Counted from the first letter of the stretch, positions 25,275 to 38,210 are shown. The stretch: DNA of 64,000 nt from Alloascoidea hylecoeti (GCA_001600815.1 BCKZ01000003.1:1103474-1167473); one strand, 5' to 3'. Notes: generated by a model not told the origin, from the sequence alone. A program made the numbers and translations.

Positions 25275-26870
25275 TCATGGTGTTATTTTTTCTCTGCCTA
25301 TTACAGTAAGATCCACCAGAGAAACATTAAGCTTGTTTCCTATTTTATAAGTTTCAAATTGAATTTTTAAGGTACCAATACCTCTAACGCTACCAACGTT
25401 ACCCACATAGTTCTTCAACAAACCAACGGAGACGCTATTTTCAGGATTTATGAATTTTTTTATGTTCTCCCCTGAAGTTGGTTGATCTGTGGTCTTTAAA
25501 AAGCAACCGGCTGCCCTTATAATGATATCTGATACATGTGTAAGAGTCGACAAATTACTATTTAAATTGAACCAAACATAACCATTTGAGTACTTTGCAA
25601 TTGAATCCGGTAAAAATATGAAATCCCTATTGTCTCGGATTATTTTTATTAAATTATTCCATACTTTCAAAGGAATTCCAAACGATTGTAATTTAGGACA
25701 GGCAAAATTCTTGGGATCCTTTGAACAATAAATTATTATATCTGAAACAAAAAAAGAATCCAATTGACTCCCCTCAGGATACCTAACTCCTAACTTAAAT
25801 ATTTCCGTAGGTTTTAAACTTCCTTTAGGTTTAGAAGTATCTGAACTATTTATATCCTTTAAGCTTGGAGTGGCTGTTATAAAATACTTATCCATCTTCG
25901 GGTTGTCTGGATAAAAAACACCTCTTAGTGTTGGCAGAATTTTGTTATTTTTATATTTAACCAAATAAACATCACTTTTTAGAACTACCACTGTTGGTTG
26001 TTGCTGCACAGATTCACCGGGGGAAGATTGAGAAGCTTGTATATTAGTTTGAGTAGTTCGAGGGTTAAGCTCGCACTTAATAACATTTCCGACAATGCCT
26101 CCTGGCTGGTTAACAGCCGAATTAACAATATCTTTTTTATCGTTTACGTTTATAACTGAGTTATTGGGTGGAATCGACTTTTGATTGTATGTTGTCTGAG
26201 TGAGGTTCATAGAAAATGGGCCAGATTCACTGGTAGATGAACTAACACTACTTGAACTATCATCGCTATAATCATCCATACGTAAGATGTCATAATCGTT
26301 CAATTCTGAATCTTGATCATAATCAAATAACAAATTATTTACATGCTTGGGTATGTCACTTAGCTCATTCTCGAGTTCATTATTAATGTCGATCTTTCTA
26401 TAACTTAATTTCGTACTATTCTTAACATTTTTCTCGATCAAAAGAATTGTTTCTTCGTATGACTTCGAACTTTCTTTTGCAGTGAGCCATATATTCCAAA
26501 GTTCTGGAGAATCTTTTAACCAATAAGGAAGATAATAATTCATTTTTACAAAATCGGGAATACATTCACCAATTGAATCAGAAAGCTTGAAAACTTGATT
26601 AGCTCGACGATTGAAACTTTCGAATGCATGCTGAGAAAATGAAAGATCAATCCTTTCGTCTAGTAGACAAATGGTCATAGAGAGAATCAAGCTTTTAGTG
26701 GTCTTAGATATATTATCCTTGGAAAAGTTCGAGTCTGAGCTCAAAAATGAAGTCGATTGCAATGGTTTCGATGTTCTTGCAATGAGAGAAACAGTCTCTT
26801 TAATCTCTTCTAATTCTCGAATTAACCCCAATAAAAGTTCATCTGTAGGTAAGGCAGAATCAGCAGACAT
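25275..26870 (-). CDS. Orphan protein, copy A: N-terminal domain resembling Ty1/copia Gag capsid (UBN2-like), acidic/Ser linker and unknown C-terminal domain
   Basis: Intact 531-aa ORF and tandem paralog of 27486-29033. The Gag resemblance (FESFNRRANQVFKLSDSIGECIPDFVKMNYYL...PELW...KSYEETILLI) is pattern recognition only. Confidence 0.75.
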   Translation of the reverse strand: MSADSALPTDELLLGLIRELEEIKETVSLIARTSKPLQSTSFLSSDSNFSKDNISKTTKSLILSMTICLLDERIDLSFSQHAFESFNRRANQVFKLSDSIGECIPDFVKMNYYLPYWLKDSPELWNIWLTAKESSKSYEETILLIEKNVKNSTKLSYRKIDINNELENELSDIPKHVNNLLFDYDQDSELNDYDILRMDDYSDDSSSSVSSSTSESGPFSMNLTQTTYNQKSIPPNNSVINVNDKKDIVNSAVNQPGGIVGNVIKCELNPRTTQTNIQASQSSPGESVQQQPTVVVLKSDVYLVKYKNNKILPTLRGVFYPDNPKMDKYFITATPSLKDINSSDTSKPKGSLKPTEIFKLGVRYPEGSQLDSFFVSDIIIYCSKDPKNFACPKLQSFGIPLKVWNNLIKIIRDNRDFIFLPDSIAKYSNGYVWFNLNSNLSTLTHVSDIIIRAAGCFLKTTDQPTSGENIKKFINPENSVSVGLLKNYVGNVGSVRGIGTLKIQFETYKIGNKLNVSLVDLTVIGREKITP

Positions 26871-27485
26871 TGTGAGATATTAACGATTATGGTGGTGAGA
26901 AGAAGAAAAAAAGGGGGGTATTGATATTAATATATATTTGCTAGAGAACTACTACATAGCCGCAGTTTAAAATTCGATACGTGTAATACAGTATAATCGG
27001 GTTTGAGCACCTCAAGCCAGCACAATCTATTGAAAATTCTATACAGAAGAATATACAATATATACTTCAAGGAAATTAGACTAAAGTAATTGTGAAGACG
27101 ACAGAATTGAATCAATTTGTGGATAATTTAATATCGACTGATATGAATGATATGACACATCACGGGAACTTAACTGAAAACATCTGCACCGTCCCAAAAA
27201 GGAAATAAATATCCCAGTTGGTTGCTCTTCTACAAAATGAATCAGGAAAAGCTATGGGATTAGATATACAGCTTCTTATTTTTAAAATATTTTCCACTGG
27301 TATTTTTATTCATTAACCATGAAGAGAAGCGAAGTGCACTAAAATTGTCTAAATTCCTATCAGCCATAATAAATAATACTAATATCGGCGTAGAAATAGA
27401 ATTCAACCCTATTGGAAACGAATATCACAATGATGATGATAATCAGAAAGTTTCAGAGACACAATAATCTTTATATACTACAATG

Positions 27486-29033
27486 CTACTGCTCATTTAT
27501 TATTATATTTACACTGCTTGTTATTGTAAGACCAACAAGAGAAACATTAAGCTTGTTTCCAGTGTTATACGTCTCGATTTGAATCTTTAAGGTACCAATA
27601 CCTCTGACGCTACCAACTTTAACCAAATAGTCCTTCAACAAACCAACGGATGCGCTATTTTCAGGTTTTATGTACTTTTGTATTTCCTCCGCTGAAGTTG
27701 GTGGGACTATAGTCTCTAAGCTCAAACTGCATACCCTTATATTGATATCTGACACAGGCTTAATATTAGACTTATTCAGATTGCTATCTGAATTGAACCA
27801 AACATAATTATCTGTTCTCTTTGATATTGAAACTGTTGTATCTAAAAACTCAAATCCTCTACATTTTCGGATCATATTTATTAAATTATTCCACTGTTTC
27901 AAAGGAATTCCAAAATATTGTATTTTTAAAGGATGGAACAAACTCTTGGGAATTGGAGAATAAATTATTACATCTGAAACAAAAAAAGAATCTAATTGAC
28001 TCCCTTCGGGATATTTAACCCCCAGTTCATATATTTTTATAGGGATAAGAGATCCAGTACCAAGTGAAGCATTTGAACTATTTATATCCTTTAAGCTTGG
28101 AGTGGCTGTTACAGAATACTTATTCATCTTTGCGTTGTCTGAATAGAAAACACCTTTCAGTGTTGGGAAAATTTTGTTATTATGATTCTTAACCAAATAA
28201 ACATCACTTTTTAAAACTAAGCCTGATGGTTGTTGCTCTAGGGAAGATTGGGTAGTTTGGGTAGTTTGAGTAGCCTGAGGCTTAAGGTCATCTTTAGACT
28301 TCATACCATCTGTGGAAGTACTTCCTTGGCGATTAGAACTAGTATTAACAATTTTATTTGTATTGTTGAAATCTGATTTATTGGGTTGGTTCTGGTTAAA
28401 CTTAATGCTACTTGAACTACCATCGCTATAATCATCTAAAGGCGAGATATTATGATCAGGTGAATCTGAATCATGATCACCATCAAATGACAGATTATTA
28501 TCATGCTTGGATATTTCACCTAGATCCTTCTCGAGTTCATTATTAATGTCGATCTTTCTATAACTTAATTTCGTACTATTCTTAACATTTTTCTCGATCA
28601 AAAGAATTGTTTCTTCGAATGACTTCGAACTTTCTTTTGCAGTGAGCCATATATTCCAAAGTTCTGGAGAATCTTTTAACCAATAAGGAAGATAATAATT
28701 CATTTTTACAAAATCGGGAATACATTCACCAATTGAATCAGAAAGCTTGAAAACTTGATTAGCTCGACGATTGAAACTTTCGAATGCATGCTGAGAAAAT
28801 GAAAGATCAATCCTTTCGTCTAGTAGACACATGGTCATAGAGAGAATCAAGCTTTTAGTGGTCTTAGATATATTATCCTTGGAAAAGTTCGAGTCTGAGC
28901 TCAAAAATGAAGTCGATTGCAATGGTTTTGATGTTCTTGCAATGAGAGAAACAGTCTCTTTAATCTCTTCTAATTCTCGAATCAACCCCAATAAAAGTTC
29001 ATCTCCAGGCGATGGGGCAGAATCGATAGACAT
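27486..29033 (-). CDS. Orphan protein, copy B (tandem paralog of 25275-26870)
   Basis: ATG at 29033 (MSIDSAPSPGDELLL..) aligns with the start of copy A. Bases 28528-29003 are nearly identical to 26368-26843. Confidence 0.75.
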   Translation of the reverse strand: MSIDSAPSPGDELLLGLIRELEEIKETVSLIARTSKPLQSTSFLSSDSNFSKDNISKTTKSLILSMTMCLLDERIDLSFSQHAFESFNRRANQVFKLSDSIGECIPDFVKMNYYLPYWLKDSPELWNIWLTAKESSKSFEETILLIEKNVKNSTKLSYRKIDINNELEKDLGEISKHDNNLSFDGDHDSDSPDHNISPLDDYSDGSSSSIKFNQNQPNKSDFNNTNKIVNTSSNRQGSTSTDGMKSKDDLKPQATQTTQTTQSSLEQQPSGLVLKSDVYLVKNHNNKIFPTLKGVFYSDNAKMNKYSVTATPSLKDINSSNASLGTGSLIPIKIYELGVKYPEGSQLDSFFVSDVIIYSPIPKSLFHPLKIQYFGIPLKQWNNLINMIRKCRGFEFLDTTVSISKRTDNYVWFNSDSNLNKSNIKPVSDINIRVCSLSLETIVPPTSAEEIQKYIKPENSASVGLLKDYLVKVGSVRGIGTLKIQIETYNTGNKLNVSLVGLTITSSVNIIINEQ

Positions 29034-29199
29034 TATTATTGTGAGATATTGATGGTGGGAAAAATAAAAGAAAGGGGTTATCGATATTAATATCTGGTAG
29101 AGAATTACTAGACACAGTAGGTCATCAGTTACCTGGGGAATTTTTGTTCTCTCAAAAACACGCAAAAACCATTGATAATCTTTATTTTGGAATATCTTA

Positions 29200-29460
29200 T
29201 CGAAAACTTAATAGATTTTGACAATTCGGCCCGACAGATTGATACCTAAACAGGCCGCCTACTACAAGATGCGTCTAGACTCATTACAAGACCACCGGCA
29301 CTTTAGAGTATGCCAAACCAACTGACCATTATGCTTTCAATTCTTTTTAAGTCATTTCTTGTTGGATATATTACACTCTTAGAACAGTTCACTAAAGAGT
29401 CGATTGGCTTTTTGGCGCAACTGGGAGAACAGGCACTTTGAACTTTAACACTTCTTTAAT
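29200..29460 (-). mobile_element. Second copy of the degenerate repeat seen at ~8920-9000 (possible LINE remnant)
   Basis: ttacactcttagaacagttcactaaag..gattggctttttggcgcaactgggagaacaggcactttgaactttaaca matches 8920-8999 in reverse complement. Reads KCLFSQL..ELF*ECNISNKK on the minus strand. Confidence 0.45.
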
Positions 29461-30376
29461 TATTTACCGGAATGCCAAAATTATCTTCAAGAAATTGTAG
29501 CGGTATAATAAGAACACGCGATATTTGTCTGTTATGGGAATGTTTCGAGGAAAAGCCATTTCAGGAGTAAATATCATGATCAAAAAGTATCACAGCGGTA
29601 CCAATACCTTTTATTCGAGCTTTTGAGGCATCTAATTTTCTATGGAACGGGGAAAGTGGCACCTAAAGCTAGCTACAGTAAAAGGTGGTGTCAAGAAAGT
29701 AGTCAAGAATCATCTTCTAGCAGTATTATGAGAGTTATGGGATAGTCCAGCTCAATCGTTTTTTGACAAGCTCATGGCGTCAAGTGAAAGCGACTAAACC
29801 TAGTATTAAGAGCAAAAGTTGCTCATATAAACTACCGAATTTGTCTCTAGCGATACTCATAGAGAAATTGACCTAAATTTTATTTTATTTGACACCATTT
29901 CCTTTAGAAGTGCTCCTCTCTCCAATATGGCAGACTCAGGGAGTGTGGAAAACCTGTATCAAACGCTTAAATTATAAATGAATTTATTAAATTTAAAAAA
30001 CAATATTGAGTTATTTCTTCACGGAGGTTGTTAAGAAACCATTGCTGCAGATAAAAGAATAGAATGAGATATACCATGGGTATTTTTATTAATTTTTATT
30101 TATTATTTATTGTGCTTTCTATATATATAATTATATTTAGATTTCAAAATAAAGTTGTGGCATATTTCCGTTAAATTTTGTTTGAATAGCGAATGTGTAA
30201 TAATGTGTATAAATGATTAAGGTATAATTTTAAATCATAAGTGGAACGACCGAAGAGAAAAAATAGCAAAGTAAAAAAAAAATTGCATATAGTATCGAAG
30301 TCAATGTTAATAACATTGAGACTAAAGTTTGGCAACGTGTATCATAAAAGAGGTTATATTATATTTTTCTGAAATC

Positions 30377-31959
30377 TTAAAGGCAAAAAAGTAATTCCAA
30401 ATTTCCACGCCCGAGAATATCATCCTTTAAGTTACAAGCGACTTTATATTTTCCCATTTCAAGCTTTATTGATTCATTTTTATTTAAAATTGGTTCGACT
30501 GTTTCCATGAAGGCATAATAAATATTATGTTTTCTATCAAGTTGAAATCCCATAAGTACTGAAATACTACAGAATGCATAGATTAACAATAATGCGAAAA
30601 TTCCTTGTTGTCTTGCAATTGGAATCATTTTTTCTGGCATTGTTGATAGAAAAGAATGAAATGGTCCATAAATTTGATTATTATAGAATCGGTTTGCAAA
30701 ATGTGAAAGTTGAAGTATAGCTTCTCGATAAATATTTATTTTTGATTGTTCCATACCTACCAACTTTGAGTATTCATCAAGTAGTTTGTTTAATCTATCA
30801 ATAAAAGGAAATAATATAATTGAGGGTCTTGGCCACGGGGGATACATTAATACCAAACCTTTCATAACTGGTTTAACTTTATCATCAATTTCATCAACAC
30901 CCATTACCATCGTTTTTGGCTTCATTTCAGGTGACAGTAAAGAATAAACTGCATTCGCTCCACGAATTATTGCTATAAAGTCAATACATGAACCATCTCT
31001 TGAAACTAATGGTACCATGGTAGGATGATGAGAAGTATATGCAACAAGTAAACAATTGCAGAGAAATAAAGACATGATATCAAAAGTCTTACTATTTTTC
31101 TCTACTCTTTTTAAATCTTCCACGAATAATTTTAACGAGCTATTGTATAGTTTCTCTGATTCATATTGCAGAGTGCCTGCTGAAAATTCAGTCCTTTTAT
31201 TCCAATAATAAAGAGTTGATACAGCTTTTAGGGCGATTCTTATTGACAGGGAATTATGTGCATATGATGGGAAGACACTAGACCAAATACTCCACCAACT
31301 TACGGTAGAGGTGTTATCTATAACAACTCCAACTCTATAAATCAAACGATTTACGCCAACTGAATCACTTTGGTATTCAAAAAGGTTAATTTTAGATGCT
31401 GAGGTAGGGAAGACATAATCATATTGGGTATTGATTTCTGGTTGAGTGTTACATAATCCCATTTGGGTGGCCACCTGATTAAAACTAATTGTCTCATTGG
31501 TTTCATTACAAGGCAAGTTGTAATTATAATAGAGATAATTCATCGGAGAATTTAAACGGTAGGGATGATTATACCAAACTTGCCTCTTCATGGCTGGTTT
31601 TGGCGAGATCTTCACAACTTTATTACTAGTTTCGAGATATCTCTTTCTTTTGATCTTTTCGGGTGGAATATAAATGCATTCCCTCTTTGAACCTAGACAA
31701 TGTAGGCAATACGGTTTGGTTTCATCACACTATACCATATATTAATGAGTCTCAAAGGTTAATATAATTAATTATAATATGTATACACACTCAAAACTTA
31801 AGCTCAAGGAAAAATTGTATGAACTTATTAACATACCTTAATTCTAATTCGTTTGCAGTTCAAGCAGCCTGTTCTTGATCTTTTATGAACTGGTTTATTT
31901 TTAACCTTTTTTGAATTCGTAACTAAAGAAGTATGCGTAGAAGTTGAATCCTTTTCCAT
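30377..31959 (-). CDS. Zn(II)2Cys6 transcription factor with Upc2-type C-terminal domain; exons 31959-31837 and 31729-30377
   Basis: HKRSRTGCLNCKRIRIK|CDETKPYCLHCLGSKRECIY, with the cluster split by a GTATGT..TAG intron. Exon 2 is in frame with the 412-aa ORF (..DFIAIIRG..). Confidence 0.88.
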
Positions 31960-34900
31960 ATTCTTATTTTACTGGTGAAGTTCAATCACAATAGTTTCAA
32001 TTTTGGCCACTGTGGGTTCAAAAAAAAAAAAATTAGAAAATCTAACGTTGTTGTTGTTATAAATATAGTTGTCAATCCGAATAGTAACTATCAGTATTAA
32101 TTGGAATTAATATATATAATAGCGAACTAATAGCCAACTAGCATAGAAATTGAAATCGATAAATAAATAAGATGATAAAGTAGGAAATTAAGGATTTATA
32201 TAAGCAGGAGACTTTAAAAAATATTAATTACATTTTCATAAAAGAATTCTGGATTCAATGGATACACATATTTAATAGTGTTAAAAAGGCACAGTGTATG
32301 TATTAGCATAGATAAAATTTAATAAAAATTTAAGGATGAATATGTATTTAATTGAGTTTAAGATTCTATTTTCACAAAGATATCTACTAATATTAATAAC
32401 ATGATTCCCAGATTGAAGCTTAAATATAACTAAATAACATGGTATTTCATAGTCTTAAGCTAGAAATGGTTTCTAATCTTAGGCTTAAAATATATACTAT
32501 TTCTTGATAAAACATCTGGCTATAGCCATATTATCGATCTTATTTCATAATTGGTTATTAGAAGAAAAAACGCCAGCACCTAGCTATATAGCGCCTAGAT
32601 TTCATACAGTCATCCGTGGAATATTAATGCAGCAGTTAATATATTGTATTCTTGTAATTTAAAATGTTTCTTGATTTAATAAAGCTTAAATGTGAAGAAA
32701 TATACGATGTCACAATAAACAACGTTCGCTCTTAGATTCTACGAATAAGATTGAGCATTCTTCCTCCAATCGACCAAAAGGTACAGGTTATTATATAATA
32801 TATATTAGGATTGTTTCTTATCTGTGCACAATATTGATTATAAAGAGCTCCATGACAGTTTTTTTTTAAATAAAACATCTCTCGGAGAGTCACACTCATC
32901 GTTTCCTACTATACATTTTCTTGCAATTTCAATGATTCCTTATTTATATTTAAATGCCACGATCCACGATTGCCTGAAAATATCAATTGGCTTAAAGCTT
33001 AAATCTAGACATGAGTAAAGGTTTCTGAAATGGAATATAAAAATGATAAACTTATTAGGTATAATTGATATCATATTGCAATTTGACTTCATGAGTACTA
33101 CTATAGGCCTACATATCAACAAAATACACGACAATGTTTAATGTTAAAAATGGGTTTGTCTCTGCTATAGGTGAATATTTATTGTCATTTCACATTTCAA
33201 CATTGTGTAAAATGTTCAATGCCGAGCGGCCTTCCAAAATCTGTCAACTAGGATTATCCTGAGTAGTCTGATAAGTGAATAAAGCTTTTCTTCCTCCATA
33301 AATTGGGTCTTATTTTGCTAATCTCCTTCCTCCAAAATCACACACTTTCTGGTTAACTGGTAAATTTTTTTCATGGGTAGTTTTATTGAGTGGTGAATTC
33401 ACCTTTTAGACCTCCTCCATATCACAGGCGGGATGTTTTCCTTATCTTTTAATTTGCTAATAGTAATACTATTAACATAGGGTGAACCATTGGCTACTTA
33501 CCTATTTGCTAGTATTGACATCTATTTAGAGCTGCGTGAAGTTGAATTGGCTCTTTTTTCGATATATTCTTCAAAAATCAAAAGTAATTAGGGAAAAGAA
33601 ATTAGATTTTTCGCGTCGCATTTCGGAGGTTCCCTTAGCCACCATGGTCAAGAAACCTAGACTCTAGCTCCATACCTGCAAATTAGTTGTAATTGTTATA
33701 TTTAGAACAAAATTCCTAAGGAATAGTTCTTAACACTTCTTATAAAGTAAAAATAACTATAATCATAATAAATCTTGGAGTTAACTAAGTTGAATAATAC
33801 GCAATCCCAGAAATTTGCACCATGGCGGTTAGATAATCGTATAATGAAATAATTAGTCAAGGAACCCATACAATTGGTGAAAGCCAAACTTTACTCACCT
33901 TTTTCTGATATCCCTCAAAAAATGGCAATGTTATGACCAACTACAGAATACTCTACAAGACCTTAAACCGTTCTTAAAATACATTTTAATGTTTCGTAGA
34001 TACTGGAGATTATATTAGTGCATAGAAAGCGAAATTTTAAACCTAGTATTTATTGTTAGAATACTTAACCCTAACCCTTAAACGGCTGTCACTCTACGGG
34101 TACTCACATGCGATCAATTGGGTTATATCTATACTAGGTGAAAAGGGAGTATACTACAACATCTCTGTCTCTTTGGAAGCAAGCGCCTCAAAAGTATTCA
34201 AGGGGAAGCTTTTATAATTCTCAGAGCTTGATTCGTTTCCCTTTGAGACGGGATTTTAGGTAGTCTCTTTTGTTCGAGAAGGTGTCACGCCAGAATAGTT
34301 GTTGGTATGTTTCTTCTCAGTGAAGTTTGAACGGCACAATTGAGGATGTAATATTAAGTCTTCTACCTATTTCAGCAAATGATAAGCCATGCTCCATTTA
34401 CCCAGATTACACACTTCAATTCTCTTAGTTCTTAGTTGGTTGCAATTGATTTTTAGTATCACATTTACGTGAGATCTCGCTTAGAGAAGAGTTTTAGCTA
34501 AAAATCATTAGTATGCAAAATAGCTTAGCAACTACTTAACGCCAGGAGCGGCGGTATATGCAGTAAGCGAAGCTTTCCGGCGAATAATATTGTACAATAC
34601 GCGAGTGTTCATCTGTTTCAATTTTCGAACTTTATTATTAATATTGCGATACAGATAAGCTAGATACTTTGGTGGTATTCTACGCAATTTCCAATTTATC
34701 ATGAAGTACACCCATACGCACTGTAAAAGTTGACACTTTGTATATCATAAACTCCAACAACGAGAAATTCTGCAGCTGTAAATTATATTAAATTTAAAAT
34801 CAATAAAGGGAAAAAAAATATGAACTTATGTTATGATCACTCTTTTATCAGTTCTTTTAATTTAGAAGTTGTTAATGCTACTTTCTTATCCAGATCCTTT

Positions 34901-36065
34901 ATCTTGAATTGTTTAACATGACGTCAACAGTAGCTTCTGAAGCTTTGCTAGCTTGAAATGTTGTAATCCTTATATATAATTAACCTCGAGTTAAAGAGCG
35001 AAATTTCAAAACCATGCAAACCTAAAATGTTATTCAACTTGGAATTGCTTCTTAACTGTAAAGCTACTATTGTTTCCGCCGACACAAACTATAGGGCCTA
35101 CATGAAATCCAATCTTGTATGGCACATGATCTTGAAATCTTTCTATATCTAAACAAAAGGGTTGTTATTCTATAACATTGAATGAGAGTTAGAAGCTTTA
35201 ATTAATTTATTAATCATCTATTGTAGTTTATATATAGATCTGGACCTACGGTCAGGAAGATTTATAATTGCTTAATTCGGAAATATTCTATAGCTACATG
35301 TAAGTATAATTCAGCTGCACTTTTTCCGATTGTTCAGACGAATACATAAGAGTTAATTCTTTTATACTCTTATAAATGATTCTGTGATTCATTCACTCGC
35401 CTAAGAACTTCTTTGTATAAAATGTACTTTGATATTTTACAAATCATGATAAATTGCTCAAATATCTATCTAGGAATATTGTAAACAAACTAGTAATACA
35501 TATAAAGTTAATGCATGTATAAAAACACCATGATTGATAAGCTATTAATTACGTTAACTATAAATGACCTACATATAAAACCAGGAATACTATCTTGGTT
35601 ATAAATAGTTAAATTAATATTTTGTTCCTTCTCCTAGTAAACCCAATATAATATGGCCATGAAAATATATTTTTAATAAGAATCGTAATATTTACAATTG
35701 AAATAATAAAGCCAATTTTAAAATTCATATTTTGATTGATTAAATAGTATGAGAATAATGCATATATATTATGTACCCTAGAGAGATGGCTCATTGTTAA
35801 ATACAGTTACAAAAGAGCTCGGCATCTTTGTTTTTCATCGCATCGCGGATTTCAGGGATAATCCACACAATTTATATTTAATCATGCAAACGTAAATCTC
35901 CAACACGTAATACTAAACTTCCATTCAGATTTAAACATTAACAAAGAATTTATAACATGTATAGTTAATTTTAATATAAAAGGTTCAAATCTTCTTGACT
36001 GATTTCATTCCCAGCGTTCTCACTCTCGTTAAAAGTTAAACACCGATTATAAATTACAAATAATA

Positions 36066-36722
36066 ATGAAATTCACTACTTCTACTACAGTCGCTTTTCT
36101 TGCACTATCTTCTTATGCAACAGCTTTCAGTCTTATGTCAATTAGATCAGGCTCAATACTCCAATATGCTGGCATTAAAGTTGTAGATGGTAAATTAACT
36201 ATAGGTTCTGGTGATAATTTTGTTGGAACTCTTAATTCTGATGGAACTGTTTCGGCTAATGGTGGCTATCTTTCAATTAATGATAATCAGGAACTTGTTA
36301 TCAGCGATACCGGTTCTTCCTCATTCTCATTTACAAGCGATAACGATCTTACTTACAATGGTGTTCAATCAGCTATTGCTTGTCCTAACGATGATAAAAG
36401 CACATATACTGTGTATTGGGATACTAAGTGCGACAACAGTGTTGGCATTAAGCTTTATTCCTCAAATATAGATGCTGATGCTTCTTCTACTGAGGCTACT
36501 ACCGAAGCCGCCACAAATACTGAGGCTACTACCGAAGCCGCCACAAATACCGAGGCTGCTACTACTACTGGGGCTACTGCAGAACCAACCGCAACAACCA
36601 CAGGTCCAAGTAATGGTTCAGAACCACTTGTTCCTTCTTATAGTGGTGCTGCTAATTCTCTTAATTTTGGTGCTACTCTTGCTCAAGCCGGTGCCGGTTT
36701 ACTTGCCTATTTGCTTGTGTAA
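36066..36722 (+). CDS. GPI-anchored cell wall protein (Cwp1/Pga-like)
   Basis: Signal peptide, FSLMSIRSGSILQY, two Cys, TEATTEAATN repeats, omega-site region YSGAANSL and a hydrophobic tail. TATATAAAA-like box upstream. Confidence 0.85.
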   Translation: MKFTTSTTVAFLALSSYATAFSLMSIRSGSILQYAGIKVVDGKLTIGSGDNFVGTLNSDGTVSANGGYLSINDNQELVISDTGSSSFSFTSDNDLTYNGVQSAIACPNDDKSTYTVYWDTKCDNSVGIKLYSSNIDADASSTEATTEAATNTEATTEAATNTEAATTTGATAEPTATTTGPSNGSEPLVPSYSGAANSLNFGATLAQAGAGLLAYLLV

Positions 36723-36999
36723 GCAAAATATTTCAATGTAAATACCTAAAGGGGCACATATCTCTATATTTATAGTCTAATTTACTTCTATATCTATATC
36801 TATATCTATATTATCAATACTGTATTTATAATTAAGATTAATCAATAATTAGTATCTATATATATTTAAACCTTGATTTTTGCTGCCCGTTTACTAAACC
36901 TAGATATCACTTAATTTTGGCGAAATCTTGAATTATATTAAGTGTAAATACTGTTTTTGTTGTATGTGTGGTAATAAAGTCATATACCATAGTCGGGGA

Positions 37000-37520
37000 G
37001 AACCCGGACTAAATAAAGAACCCTGACACCCAAAACTGTTACATGTCAACCACGAATGAAGAGAACAATACCGTAGTGATTACATTTGCTTAGAGGCTTG
37101 AAATTTAAATTACTGCTGTACCCATATAAACATCGAGTAACTTTTTATGTAACTCCTGGAAGAACAGGTAGATACTCACTAATTTACATTATGTTACCCC
37201 CTCTCACAATCTAATAAACACAAATGTTGTCTGTAAAATGCTTTGAACTACTAAAGAGGAGGTTGAAAAGTATCTACAATCAGAAGGTAATCAACCACCG
37301 ACTCCAGAAAAAGAAGATTTTATTAAAATATAGCAGAAGGAAAGCGCTGAAGCTATAACCACTAAAAGTATTCTATCGGGTTTTGTAACAACATAAATTC
37401 ACCTTTTAATCCCCTGAAGATATTATCAAAGTTGGGACAGGTTTGCGTGGACTAAAAGGAGTGAAAGTAACCAAACAAATTGAGGAAAATTTCATTTTAG
37501 ATGAGGATTCACTTGAAAAA
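37000..37520 (+). mobile_element. Decayed pogo/Fot1 transposase fragment (3' end of DDE_1)
   Basis: KEDFIKI*QKESAEAITTKSILSGFVTT*IH.. matches K.dF...y..ar..a.t..nI.sgf..tGi.P. Confidence 0.55.
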
Positions 37521-38210
37521 TATAAATCCATCAAGTTTGTAAAAGAAAACTGTGTAGCGTGAGTGAAAAAATCGAGAACATATTAAGATATCTGATGTTG
37601 AATTGCACGTCCGAACAAATCACTTCAAATTGATGCAGAAGATTTTATCATCTCATACTCCCACGAGAGGGACCGAAGACCCCAAAAAATCTATTCTAAG
37701 TGGACTTCAGACTCTACGAATCGAATGGGATTAATTACATAAAATTATGTTTAGACTAAAAAGAGTAATGTGTGTTTGAATCTTATAGCTAGTGAGCTCA
37801 ATACACCAAATATTAGAAGGACGTTCACATATATTATCCGAATTATGAAAATAAGTAAATTTTATTAATACTATTTTCAATAATTTATATTTATTGGTTT
37901 TGCAATTCGTGGTTGAAATGTAATAGTTTTGGGTGTCCGGGTCTGCATGGTAATTAGTACTTTTCACCCTCATAATAACTATAAAAATAAATGCCCATTA
38001 GGTTCAATAAGTTTTGACTATTTGAACTGCTTATAACTCATTATTAACTTGGGATGTCCTTCAGCCAAACATAATTCAGTTTGGGGTTGAGGTCTGAAAA
38101 GGATTATTTACATAATAGGGCTCGCCGAATTAATGTTAGTTTTGATGAGTTCACGTGATGCAAATGATCCTATATAAAGGAAAAACTTCTCCGTTTCTTT
38201 TTCTTTCTTC

